A DNA stretch of 64,000 bases. Source: Camelus ferus. Taxonomy: Eukaryota. The stretch covers positions 73,162,001 to 73,226,000 of the forward strand of contig NC_045697.1 in the NCBI RefSeq assembly GCF_009834535.1, given 5' to 3'. Within the stretch, counting starts at the first letter, position 1. The number at the start of each line of letters is the position of its first letter. The notes beneath the pieces are model-generated. The model was given only the letters and a program-made list of their open reading frames with translations, was not told the origin of the DNA and searched no databases. Both the position numbers and the translations under genes were made by a program. Below, piece by piece: positions 12,060-23,175 of the stretch.

Positions 12060-15000
12060 AAATATTAGAGTTCCTCAGCACTTTAAAGATACGCTTCCAC
12101 TGATTTCTGGCCTTTACATACCTAATGAGAACTTTTCAGTTATTTGAATCGTTGTCTCCCTATATGCAATGTGTCATTTTTCTCTGGATCCTTTCAAGTG
12201 CATTCTTGATTACTGGTAGTTTGATATAATGTGCACAGGCAATATTTAATTTGAGTTTATACTGTTTAGTATACTGTATACTGTTTGGAGTTCACTGAGT
12301 TTCTTGAATTTGTAAATTTCAGTCTGTAACCACATTTTGGAAGTTTTACTTATTTATTTATTTTACCACCAGTTCTTCAAATATTAATTCATTCTTTCTT
12401 ATTCTGTCTTTTCTCTCTTTCTGTGACTCCAAGTACTCATATGAAAACTTTCGTTAGGACTATTTTTCAATCCCTAGAGGCGCTATTAATAAAAGTTTCT
12501 CTCTCTCTTTTTCGTATTGAATAATGCCCTTGGACCTATCATCAATTTCACTGACTTTTTTGTCATTTTCGTTCTCCTATGAGTTTTATCCAGTGGAGTT
12601 TTAATTTCAGATATTGTATTTTTCAGATCTAAAATTTTCATGTGAAAATATATTTCTTTTTCTCTGCCGACATGTCCTATCTTTTCATAAATTATGACTA
12701 TGTTACCTTTACTTTCAATGAGCACAGTTTTAAAGTCCTTTAATGGTAATTCCAACATTTGAGTTACCTTGGGATTGGCATCTGTTTTTTGGGTTCTTTT
12801 TAATTTATTTTTTAACATTTAAAATTTTTTATTTATTTATTTTCGGGGGAGAAGTAATTAGATTTATTTATTTACTTATTTATTTATCAATCCCCAGTAC
12901 CTCATGCATGCTAAGTACTCACTCTACCATGGAGATATACCCTCCCCCTCAAGGTCTGTTGATTTTCTTTTCCTTGAAGAATGGTTCACATTTTCCTGAC
13001 TCTGCCTGTTGGGTAATTTTGGATTGACATTGTGAATATTAAATTGTACAGACTCTGGATTTTCTAGGATTTTTTCAATAAATATTGATAGTTTAAATTT
13101 TAGCAGGCAGTTAATGTGTCTAGGCTTAAGCTTCGTGTCCTGTCATGCTGGCTCTCGGTGTGGTGGTTCAGACCTCAGTGAGGAAGGCCTTCAGTCTGTG
13201 CCACTGGTGCATGGTCCAGGAGTCAGTCGAAAACATGATCATTGCTTACACACAGAATTTGGGCTTCCCTTTTTTGGCGTTCTACTTTCCAGCATTTCCC
13301 CAGCTAGCTGGTATTTTCCCATAGATCTTCTGCACAGAAATACAATGAACTTTCTATTGGAATTTTTGCTTCCTTTTGCTATCCCCATGATTGCAGCTAC
13401 TATCTGGAAAAGGCCACAGAATGAAATGAGTCACTATGTGCTTTTCACTTACTCCATTTTTCAACTCTTTTCCAAAGTCCACATGCTTTGATCACTTTCC
13501 AAAGCCCTCTGATAACTGACTTTTGTACCTTGCCAGAAGTTATAGTGGTTTTCTATGGAAGGGTCAGGTTTTTTTAAGGAAATCATTGCCTCAACACAGA
13601 AGTAGGACTCTCTTTCTCTGCCTCTTACCATCATTTCTGTTTATCTGCTGGAATTCCTCATCTATGCAAACACATTGCCCAATTTTCCACAAAATCCTTT
13701 AACATACATGTCTTAGTCATGGTAAAGTCCTTGTCTATTCCAACACTTGCAGATCTCTGGGTCTCTTTCTATTAACTCTTCCTTCTCTCTAAATTACATG
13801 CCATGTATTCTACTTCCTTGCATGTATTGTAACTCAGTATTATGCTAGACAGTATGTGGGGGAAAAAATGGAGGCTGAAGAAAATAATATGTACTCCAGA
13901 AAAGGGCATGGCCCCTTGCTGTAGGCTGCTAAGTATGGAAGTCTGAGTCAGTCTAAGCTGCTATTGAGCTGGGTCTGAGCTTTATTACAGCTTTAGTGAG
14001 ATTCACTTCACCACATGCTTCAAAGATTCTGAGGGTAGGATCAGCATTTTATTTTCAGTAGAGCCTTGAGTGTCAGCACTCGTGAGACTTTGTGTATTTC
14101 TTTCTACTTTACAGCTCAGCCACTAACTTTCAGACTTGTAGGAGACCTTTTCTGGCATTACAGCCTAGCCATCAGCCGTTTTTGCTCTACTGAGGAATTG
14201 TCTTTGCTCCCGAGACCTCCTCTGGGCTTTTTTTTTTTTTTTTTTTTCCATGTAGGCGAGCTCTCTTCACCCTGCCGCCCTGCCTCTATCCTTTGGAGGA
14301 CCTAGTTTGATATCTTTGGTGAAGGCCCGGTGGCCCCAGAGGGATTTCTCTCAGCTCTCATGATGAGTCCCTAGCTTCAGATGTGTGCTACATTTTACTC
14401 CGTGAAGTTGCCCTGGATAGGTTTCCTTCATCTCTTGACCTGTCCCATGCATGGACGTAGGAAAATATACTGAAGGGAAGAAATTTATTTCAACTCTCTT
14501 GCCTTTTCAGGCAAGACTCACCAAAGCTTTTCAGGCTTAAACTCACCAAACTCGGTTTATCCAGTGAAGGGCTGTGGGAAGTCTGTGGGAAGTCGTAGCT
14601 GCAGTCTTCATGACTTGGGCTCGGCTAGTGGTTCATCCTTCAGGCAGGGCTACACGTCGACATTAAGTTCTGGGCACAGTTGATAAAAGGGTGCTTGGCT
14701 TTTCCTTACCCCGTTTTTGAGGACCCTTCCTCTTTCTGCCTGAAGGCAGTTACGGGTATCTTTTCTCCTAGACAACTTTCTCCGTCTTCTGGAATATGGT
14801 TATGTTAGGTTCTTTGTCTACTCTGCTCAGTTGTGGTACAACAAAGCAAAAAGGGGAATGATTTTTATCTAATCCAGTTTGCTCTCATTGTTAGGATAGA
14901 CAAGACAGTTCTATTTGATTTTTTTTTTTTTTTCAGTATTCTAACTGGGAGCAGAATTGTGTCCATGGGTTTTAGTTTTCTTATATAGTTGCTTTCTCTG

Positions 15001-15070
15001 GTTTTATGAGAATATATGAAGAGATTAAAAATCTAGCTTTGTACCATCACCATCTTCCAAAAATTCCTGC
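12060..15070 (-). mobile_element. Old L1 5'/ORF1-region relics (L1M or HAL1-like), several fragments
   Basis: ORF 12486-12818(-) TQMLELPLKDFKT...MKILDLKNTISEIK resembles the ancient L1 ORF1 coiled coil. Boundaries approximate. Confidence 0.6.
12797..12948 (-). mobile_element. Vic-1-type camelid tRNA-Ala-derived SINE (rearranged)
   Basis: Reverse complement reads gggggagggtatatctccatggtagagtgagtacttagcatgcatgagg...aataaataaatctaattacttctccccc, then an A-rich tail. Confidence 0.8.
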
Positions 15071-15637
15071 TTGTTTCCTATCCTTAATCAATTATAAGAA
15101 ATGTTTACATACTGAAAAAATCAAACTGTTCTTTTTAATATTTATTGCAAACTTTTGGACAAGCATCAGACTCTGAGTTGAAAAGAACATGAATGACTAC
15201 ATTCCCAACATTATGTATGGAAAATTGGTTTCTTAATTTTTACATTAAATGCTATAGAAATTTTAGAGAAATTAAATTCAAGATTAATTTGAAAGTACCT
15301 GATATCCACTTAGATCTGATTTTAAATAATTTATGCTGGGTACTTCTTTCATTCCCTTTATATCTAAAAAAAATCTAAAGACATAACAAATCAAAATATG
15401 CAAAGAGAAAAGAAAATAAGAGAAGACACATAAACTAAAGCTAGAAGTAAGGCAAATAGAAAAGAATTTATGCCCTTAAAAATCTACAAAATACTTGATA
15501 AATGAAATTCTATTAGATTTACATCAATATCTAATGTTGCTTAGATAGTATGTTCTAAGATTTCTACCTTTCATCGTTCCATTATCTTTTTTATATCTTC
15601 AGAAATAGCCAGCAAAAAAAGGGACAGATTGGGAGAG

Positions 15638-16355
15638 TGTGACATTTAAGTGATATCTCAGTTATCAATCTATTTTCTCTTACCTCCAAATCCACACTTC
15701 ATTGTCTGGCTTGTGATACTGGAACATTTCTCCCTCACCAGCTGGCATGATGTTACGCTTCGTCATTAGTAGGCTCTCTGATGTGTGATTTTCTTGGCAG
15801 GCTTCACGCTTCCCTCTGGGCAGCTTCCTCTGCCATTCCAGAGAGTGGTTCCCCAGTGAGTTTCACTCCCAGTGGTATCTCCCCACGGATAGCTTCCCTT
15901 GGCATCCACTTAGGTGGCGTCACAATGAGTTCTAAAGTGTGGCACTTCCCCAGGGCTGGCTTTCCAGGAAGTACTGAAGATGTAGCACTTCACTAACTTC
16001 TCCACCGTCTAGGAGGCCACACCTGAACCCTCTACAGGGAAGTCTGGGTCTCAGCCCTGGTGTCCTGCCTCTTCCAGAGACATGTGTTGTTTGGGAGCTT
16101 TGCATCATCCCTCGGGGTAGTGGCTTCTCCATATAACTGCTATTCCTGTATTCTTTAGATTCTGCCTGGGGGAGGGAAATAGCTCAGTGGAAGAGCACAT
16201 GCTTAGCATGTATGAGGTTCTGAGTTCAATCTCCAGTACCTCCATTAAAAAAAATAAAAGCTATGGACTATGCTTTGTAGCTAGTCCAAAACTCTATAAT
16301 CTTCTGTTCAAATTAAGGCATAACTTCTCTCTCCTGATAGGACCCTGATAATTCA
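15638..16355 (+). mobile_element. LTR41-like ERVL solo LTR
   Basis: ctccaaatccacacttc...ttgtgatactgga...catttctcc...ccagctggcatgatgtta and 3' end ctgttcaaatta...tctcctgataggaccctgataattca. Contains a SINE insertion. Confidence 0.65.
16168..16259 (+). mobile_element. Vic-1-type camelid tRNA-Ala-derived SINE
   Basis: ggggagggaaatagctcagtggaagagcacatgcttagcatgtatgaggttctgagttcaatctccagtacctcca plus an A tail. Pol III A box (tagctcagtgg) and B box (gagttcaatc) present. Confidence 0.9.
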
Positions 16356-18844
16356 GATTGGAGCACTACCCACAAAGTGGGACAGGCCCTGGGGAGAAGG
16401 TTGTCCACTCTGGTTTACAGAGCCCAGAAGGAAGAACATGTCAATAAACAACATTATTAGAATGTGGTGGAAATCTAGGATGGTGGTATCGAGAAGCTGT
16501 AAGAATCAAGAGATAAAACAATCTTAATCTGGAGATGGAGAATCTAAAAGCAGTTTATATTCAGAGACACAAGCAGGCAACTCAGAGTAGTATTTCCATG
16601 GGGATTAAGGATCAGAGAACTGGAGTAAACACAGAGCCATTCTCAGTCTCTAAGAACAAGCAGTACCCCATTCTTAACATGACTGGAGAATAAGTCTGCT
16701 TACCAAGATACTTTTAAACACAGGGAAAATTTCTAGGAATAATTGTTAAAATTATGGGCCATTTTTAGTTTTTATTTATACATTACATGTTTTTTATATT
16801 TTATATAATTAACAGATATTATGAATGTAGTTAGAAAAATTGTAAATTTAAGGAAATTTTTAAACAAATGGCCTGAGGTATACAAATTTAGATTATGTCT
16901 CAAAGCATGGCGAAAGCGGAACCATTAGGACTGATATTCACAGCTATTGGGTAAAAAAAGCAAGAGTGCCTTAATGTTAACAGTAATAGTGCTAATTTTG
17001 ATGACTGAAATATTTTCTACCAAACTTAAGGATGGGACAAGATTAGGCTGGTAGGTGGAGATAGGAGTTGTGGTGGAGGGAAGTACACTGTGAAGACTGA
17101 AAAACAACTGGGTACCACATCTGACAGCTTCCTCTTTACCAGTAATTCTTGTAACCATCTGGTATAGGTAATGGGAAAAAAAAAAGGTATATTACTGAAA
17201 TGGCTTCTTTATATCAGTGATGAATCTCAGCATATGAAATCAAGCTTTCTAATAGTACTTAACATTAAAGAAAAAAAATGCCATTTGTTCAGTTCCCCAG
17301 GATGTTGGCTGCATTTGGTTGTTTTCCAGCTTTTGGAATACTGTCCTAGAAATCTTGGCTCTACTTCCTTTGGTACCTAAATATTCTGGACTTACTATAT
17401 TAAAACAGAACCATAAATACTTTCTGTGGCAAGCCTGAATCTTTCAGTTGGCAATAAAATTGACAAAAGAGACTGTGATGTAATTATGAATCCATTCAAC
17501 AATCCTTTATTTCTCATGTCTGCTTGTACCGGGACCTTGACGCTGTATTAAGTAAGGAAGACGTGGAGCCTACTCCTCAGGAACGCATGGTCTTTTGGAG
17601 ATTAGTCTCAAATATATGAGATTCAAACCAGACTTAAAACTGTCTTTGGGTGGTTAGGAAGAAATTTCAGGATTACTGAAGTATGCTTATTGCATAGAAT
17701 TTGATTATGTCTTAAAAACTGTTTCTGTAATTATTAATTAAAAAATTATCTAACAGCTCATGCAACGAGCAATAGGCATAAGAGGTTCTTTTCTATCATT
17801 TAGCTCCTTAGCTCTTTTGCAGAGATTTCTATATACGAATGACTGGGTCTGTAAGGAGACTGCCAGAATTCAACCTTCCTAGTCTACAAAGCCCCTCGTC
17901 TTTGTAGAGGCAAACACTGTCTCTTTACAATTTCAAGGATTCTCCCATAATAAAAAGGTATTCTCCAAGTAACTTCAAATCTCCACTGAACAGTTTTTAA
18001 ATAGCAGTTTCTATTCCTAAAACTAAAATAAATCCCTGACTCAATAGATATCCTATCATTATACAAGATGAAGAAGTGGGTGAATGAGAAAAAAGCAGGC
18101 ACTTTAGGAAGCCTTTTTAGGTGAACTCTATACAGTCCTTACATGAATGTCTTGCGCCAGAGAACAGCACATTCTGTCGGGTCAGAGGCTACTGAGTGGA
18201 GGATAATCCAATGGATTAACTAACCAACTTGTAAATTTAGAAAAATGCCTTGGCTATTGAGCAAAACTACCCATTATATTGATTTTTTTTTGACCCAATG
18301 GAGTGGTTTGTTGACTGAATTGACCAAATTGACTGACTAGATTTTTTTTTCATCTTGTAAAAATATCCAGAACAACAGATGGCATAAAATCATGAAGTGA
18401 TTGTCACATGGACAAAACCAATAAAATTAAAAATGACAAGAATGAGAATTACAAGATTCGTCTGACTTAGAAATTAACACATTTAAATTAATATAAATCA
18501 ATAAACAGCCACTATATAGGGTATGTAAAAATGACCCTAATGATGCCCTAAGAAGCCAGTCATTACTTCAGACAAATCTTGCTATGCTTTGCTTATTGTC
18601 CTTGGACAAGGAAAAGATATTTAGCTATTTTAATTTTCTTTTAAGACAGATACAGAAAAGCCTCGTTTTACCCATACGCCCTGTTTAGTCACCTTTTCAA
18701 ACAGCGCACTAAACAAGAGAAGACATCGTGTGACTCCCTTTGAATGGCCGGACAAGGTTTTGTGTCCCAGTGATTTTTTTCCTCAGGACATTGATATTTC
18801 CACTGGTTGGAATCCAGCCAAGCTAACATAGATCGGGACCTTTA

Positions 18845-18995
18845 TATTTTAAGTGTGGCCTGAGGACAATCAGCACTCTTATCACCTAGGAACTTTTCAG
18901 AAATATGGAATTTCAGGCCCCACCCCAACCTACTCAATCATCACCTGCATTTTAGCAGGATCCCTGGAAGTTGTGTATACACATTACATTTCATA
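18845..18995. mobile_element. MER5-like hAT-Charlie DNA transposon relic
   Basis: aagtgtggcctgagga...atcacctaggaacttttcagaaatatggaatttcaggccccaccccaacctactcaatca...ctgcattttagcaggatccctgga. Confidence 0.75.
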
Positions 18996-19978
18996 GTATG
19001 GATTTCTCTTCCTATCCCTGCTTCATTTAAGTAAAAACAGAACTTTCCAATAAAAGAGATGACTGCTGAACACAAACTACAGAGCACCTACTGGACCATG
19101 GAGATGGGAGCTAAATCATGTGACTTTAAAAACACAGCCCTGAATCTATAGGAAGACTGGACCGTGTTCCCCAAAATGAGATTTTTTTTTTGTTGGTCAG
19201 TTACAGCGGAAGGGCGTAATCATTGACAAGTCTTGAAGTCCAATTAGCTTTTTGAACTGATTCTCTTCAGATGGAATGGAGGGAATCTTGCTTGGAAGCT
19301 GAGCTTTGGTGATCTAAGCCTCTGGTATTTTGAAAAGAATGGAATGTCATTGGGCCAGGGTGAGGCAGGCAGGTTTTTGTAACACAAATAAATTATGAGA
19401 GTCAGGAGACATGGATTCTGGCCCTGAAACCTCAGTTACTTAACATCAGACATCCTTCCTATTTCATTTTATACTTCATATGCTAATATCCTTGACTGGC
19501 ATTTAATCAGTATACAATTACTGTTTTGTTTTTTTTAAAAATAATTAACTAATGAATCTATCTTAAGAGTGGATCATAAGCAACTCATTTAATCTCTCTG
19601 GCTTTTACGTTTTATTAAACTTAAAAATAACATAAAAATAAACTTAGTATTTTAAAAACTTCTTCAGATCTGGCATTCTAGGATTCTGTGAGCTTTTCTA
19701 CTTTTTGTGCAGTGACCTTTGGGGAAAAATTACCACTGTATTACATTGTTGTTTTTTATAAGTCTGCATCTAAGTGATACATAAAAAGCCAACTGGAAAA
19801 GGAAAACATAACTATTTTGCCTTTCAGAAATATTTATGTTGATTTATTTTGTCCATTTCCTTGCCTGGTTTCTTTTTTGATTCTTTGATCATGTGTAGAC
19901 AAAGGCAGAAATAATAAATAGGCTAAAAGTGAATGATAATTAAGACTTTAATTTGTTGAATATTTTATATTTTTGCAG

Positions 19979-20157
19979 TTTGTTGCTGATGTTGGGAGTG
20001 CAGGGCAGTTGGATTCGGAAAAGAATCCAAGTTCGGAGAATCTCATGGATGCTTCCATGTGGAACAATTCTGCAATTGATGACCTCTTCGAGGGACTGTG
20101 CAAGCAAATACCAATGGATTGGCCACTACCTTAACTTATGCATTCAGCAGGACCTTG
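19979..20157 (+). other. Candidate spliced exon of an unidentified transcript
   Basis: Acceptor tattttatatttttgcag and donor ttg|gtgaga. The 179-bp body is GC/CpG-richer than its flanks. One frame is open throughout; another ends in TAA near the donor. Confidence 0.35.
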
Positions 20158-20219
20158 GTGAGAGACTACTTACATGCATTAAACTTCTGTTGGTTCTACT
20201 GAATGGCAGTAAAGCCCTT

Positions 20220-20785
20220 CATATCACACACAGCAGAAAGCTACTAGTCTGCTCTTCCCCTGTTGTTTGGGCCTCCAGTGAAATGCTGCATTTAGGTTGT
20301 AGCATCACATTTCAAAAGAGACATAGAATAAAAAGAGTTCAGAGAGAGCCACAAAGATGATAAAGGGTTTGAAAAACAAGACCTACATGGAGAGGTTAAG
20401 GGAAGTGGGCACGTTCTGTCTGGAGAAGGGAAGACTGCGGGGAAACGTTAACTGTCGGCATCTTCGTTAAGGGATGTTATAAAGAGGATAGGGACCAATT
20501 CTCATTAGTCAATGAGGACAGAACAAGAAGTAATGATTTCAATTCCACAAGGGAAACTTTAGGTTATATATAAGTACTAACTTTATAACAATATGAGTAG
20601 TTGGGAATGGCACCAGCTGCCAGGGGAGGCTGTGGAATCGCCATCACTGGAGAGATGCAAGGCTGAAACCCCGTACTCATTGATCAAGAATGACTTAGTC
20701 ATAATAAAATCAATCCCGCTGTGATTCACAGGGATAGATTAGTGCCCCAGCATAGGTCCTTCCAACTCAAATGATTATATGATTA
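20220..20785 (+). mobile_element. L3/CR1 LINE 3' end
   Basis: Translates to RATKMIKGLKNKTYMERLREVGTFCLEKGRLRGN and QLPGEAVESPSLE (CR1 ORF2 C-terminus). Ends in the CR1-type tail ggtccttccaactcaaatgattatatgatt. Confidence 0.9.
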
Positions 20786-22227
20786 AGATACCAGCACCCA
20801 AGGGGAATCGATCTGTGTATAAGGGAGGGAAGAGAAACTCTTTACAAGCCATGGTTGTAAATCTGAAAATTAAGTAATCCAAGAGAGAGCTAAGGGAGAA
20901 ACTGAATCTGTTTAGGAGATACGCGGGGAGTCTGAATTAAAGAGCGCAGCCTTTAGCTTAAAATAGTAAGCTGACTTTTTTCAATGTTCCAAGTAGAAAA
21001 AGTGAGACCTATAACATTATTAATTTTCCTGACTAGTATTCAGCTGGCATACTGCAACAATATTTCCATTTATCATTCAGAACTCAGAATTTTCTCACAG
21101 TGTGAAAAATGAAAAACTAAGAGTAAGATAATTCTGAGAAGAATAATTTTTCCAAGTCTTATTTAGGGTCTTTTGTTTAAAAAAAAAACATTTAAATGTT
21201 ATTTTTGTTTCAGATACCCCTGAGAGTTTTACTTGATGGGCATGCAACTCTAATTAAGATCCACGAGCCACATAATTCAATCACAGCGTGGATCAAAAAT
21301 TACGAATTCAATTTTTTAATCTTAAAATTGATTTCTACGTCCGTGATCCCCAGAGTGAATGTCAGTCTGATCCACAGCATTCTATTTCTCTATGCTCTCT
21401 GCCTTATCACATTGCCTCCTGCCAACACTGCAGCAGTTATTTTGAATCTTTGAAGAGGCAGTATTTAATTTTTTAGTTCGCTTTTCCCCTCTCCACCTTT
21501 CCAGTTTACCTTTAAGAAAAAAACACACCGCCTTCGGCTCCCCTGAGTAGACCATGCTATTACTACCGTCCACATCATCAGGGCTGCAGCGCTTGCTGTA
21601 CTAGATCATCCCTGTGCTGTTACGGTGATGATATATGATGGAAAAAGCCATCCATCCGAAGATGCGAGGCACAGAGGCTGGAGCAATAATGAGGTAGCCC
21701 AGCACAGCCCCGGCATGCACAGCAGTGGACCTCTCCCCCCAAATAAAAGTGGACTGCTCTGTAAACTGAGACTCTCTGGGTGGAGAGGAAAAGCGAAATG
21801 CCCTGGAAGAGGGTGCTTCTTTCTTTTTTTTTTTTTTTCGCTTAGAGACCTATTATATCTCCCAAAACATTAAAAAATAATGGGTTCCTGAATTTAAAAC
21901 CTTTCAAGGCTTCTCACTGCCATTTTTTCTTTTCCTTTTTCTTTCTTTGTTTTTTTTTTCTGTCTCTTGTATGTATTTTTCTCTTTCGATTCCTCTGTAG
22001 TTACCCCAAACTCAGACACTGGGTATCCTTCTCCTGGACTCCTGAAGTGTTCTCTTTACTCTCTGCTTTCTTTTTGCTCTAGTACACGTTTCTTACCGCT
22101 GCTGGACTAACCCTGGTCAATGCTACATTTGTCACATCAGTCTTTTCCTTTTTAAGATTTAGTATGTTCATTATTTATTCATTCAAATGTCGTCCCCTCC
22201 TTCATGTTCTTTTTTATGTATATATAT

Positions 22228-22374
22228 TTTTTTTATTGAGGTATAGTCAGTTTACAATGTTGTGTCAACTTCTGGTGTACAGCACAATGCCTCAGTCATA
22301 CATGAACATACATATAATCATTTTCATATTCTTTTTCACCGTAAGTTACTACAAGATATTGAATATAGTTCCCT
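22228..22374 (-). mobile_element. Short 5'-truncated L1 3' end
   Basis: Reverse complement ends ...ttgtgctgtacaccagaagttgacacaacattgtaaactgactatacctcaataaaaaaaa, homologous to the 3' end of the full-length L1. Confidence 0.85.
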
Positions 22375-22669
22375 CTTCTAATCAGAGATTGTAAACTTTT
22401 CTCCAGGCTCTGTCAAATAGAGTTCACGTTCCCTTGCTTGGCATTCAAGATCTTGTAAATTTAGCTTTAGCCTATTTTTCTAGCTGGAAGATTCCCTGCT
22501 TTGCCAAATAGGACTCCTGGTCTTCCAGGATTAGCTTTCTTATCCAGATGCTCCCTTGACAAATAGGATACCTGGTATTTCAGGATACGCTTTGACCTTC
22601 TATATCTTTGTCCCTTGCTGGGCCCTCCACCTGAGATGCAAAATAAATAATGAGGCAAGATAAATAATA

Positions 22670-22866
22670 AGCCAAACCTGAATTCAAATGTACTAGTTGT
22701 GACCCAGGACAAATTGCTTTGTCTCTCTGCCCTCAGTTTCTCCAGCAGTAAAATGGGGATCACGATGCTATTTCAAAGAATTCTTGTGAGGAATGAATGA
22801 GAAAATATATAGAGAGCACTTGGCACATGACAGTCCACAAAGGGAGCTTCTGTTGTATTGTTTTGA

Positions 22867-22867
<1 letters not shown>
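22670..22867 (+). mobile_element. MIR SINE
   Basis: tgtgacccaggacaaattgc...tctctgccctcagtttctccagcagtaaaatgggga...gtgaggaatgaatgag...agagcacttggcacat. Confidence 0.8.

Positions 22868-22918
<51 letters not shown>
22868..22918 (+). repeat. (ATT)~17 microsatellite
   Basis: Perfect trinucleotide run at the MIR tail. Confidence 0.95.
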
Positions 22919-22924
22919 TCAGTT

Positions 22925-23175
22925 CATTCTTTAAAGGGATTCAAATGCCACCTTCTCTGTGAGGCTTCTTTGTCTCATTTTCCATTTCAATTCAGCGGCC
23001 CCTCTTCTGACATCATGTAGCATTTTTACATGGCAGCTCTTACATTTTACATATAGGAAATGTAAATCCTCCCCAAATGTCTTGGGGGTAGAACTCTGTC
23101 TCTTAAATTCCATGTCACTCAGAAGTGATCATTAATACATAACAGGTATTCAACATATTTTTTTGAATGAATCAT
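22925..23175 (+). mobile_element. L2 3' end fragment
   Basis: ttcaaatgccaccttctctgtgaggctt...aacaggtattcaacatattttttgaatgaat. Confidence 0.65.

Noticed and set aside
16168..16245. tRNA-Ala gene
   Set aside because: Mismatched stems, an A-rich tail, insertion inside an LTR and a second similar copy indicate a tRNA-derived SINE.
17440..17780. Further CR1 RT-like fragment
   Set aside because: Similarity by eye is weak and out of order with the 16700-17060 piece; it cannot be supported without an HMM search.
19953..20360. 135-aa single-exon gene
   Set aside because: It has a non-ATG start in intron-like pyrimidine-rich DNA, and its 3' part is L3/CR1. Only the exon-like core is kept as a candidate.
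22793..23020. Poly-isoleucine membrane peptide
   Set aside because: It is the translation of an (ATT)n microsatellite between a MIR and an L2.
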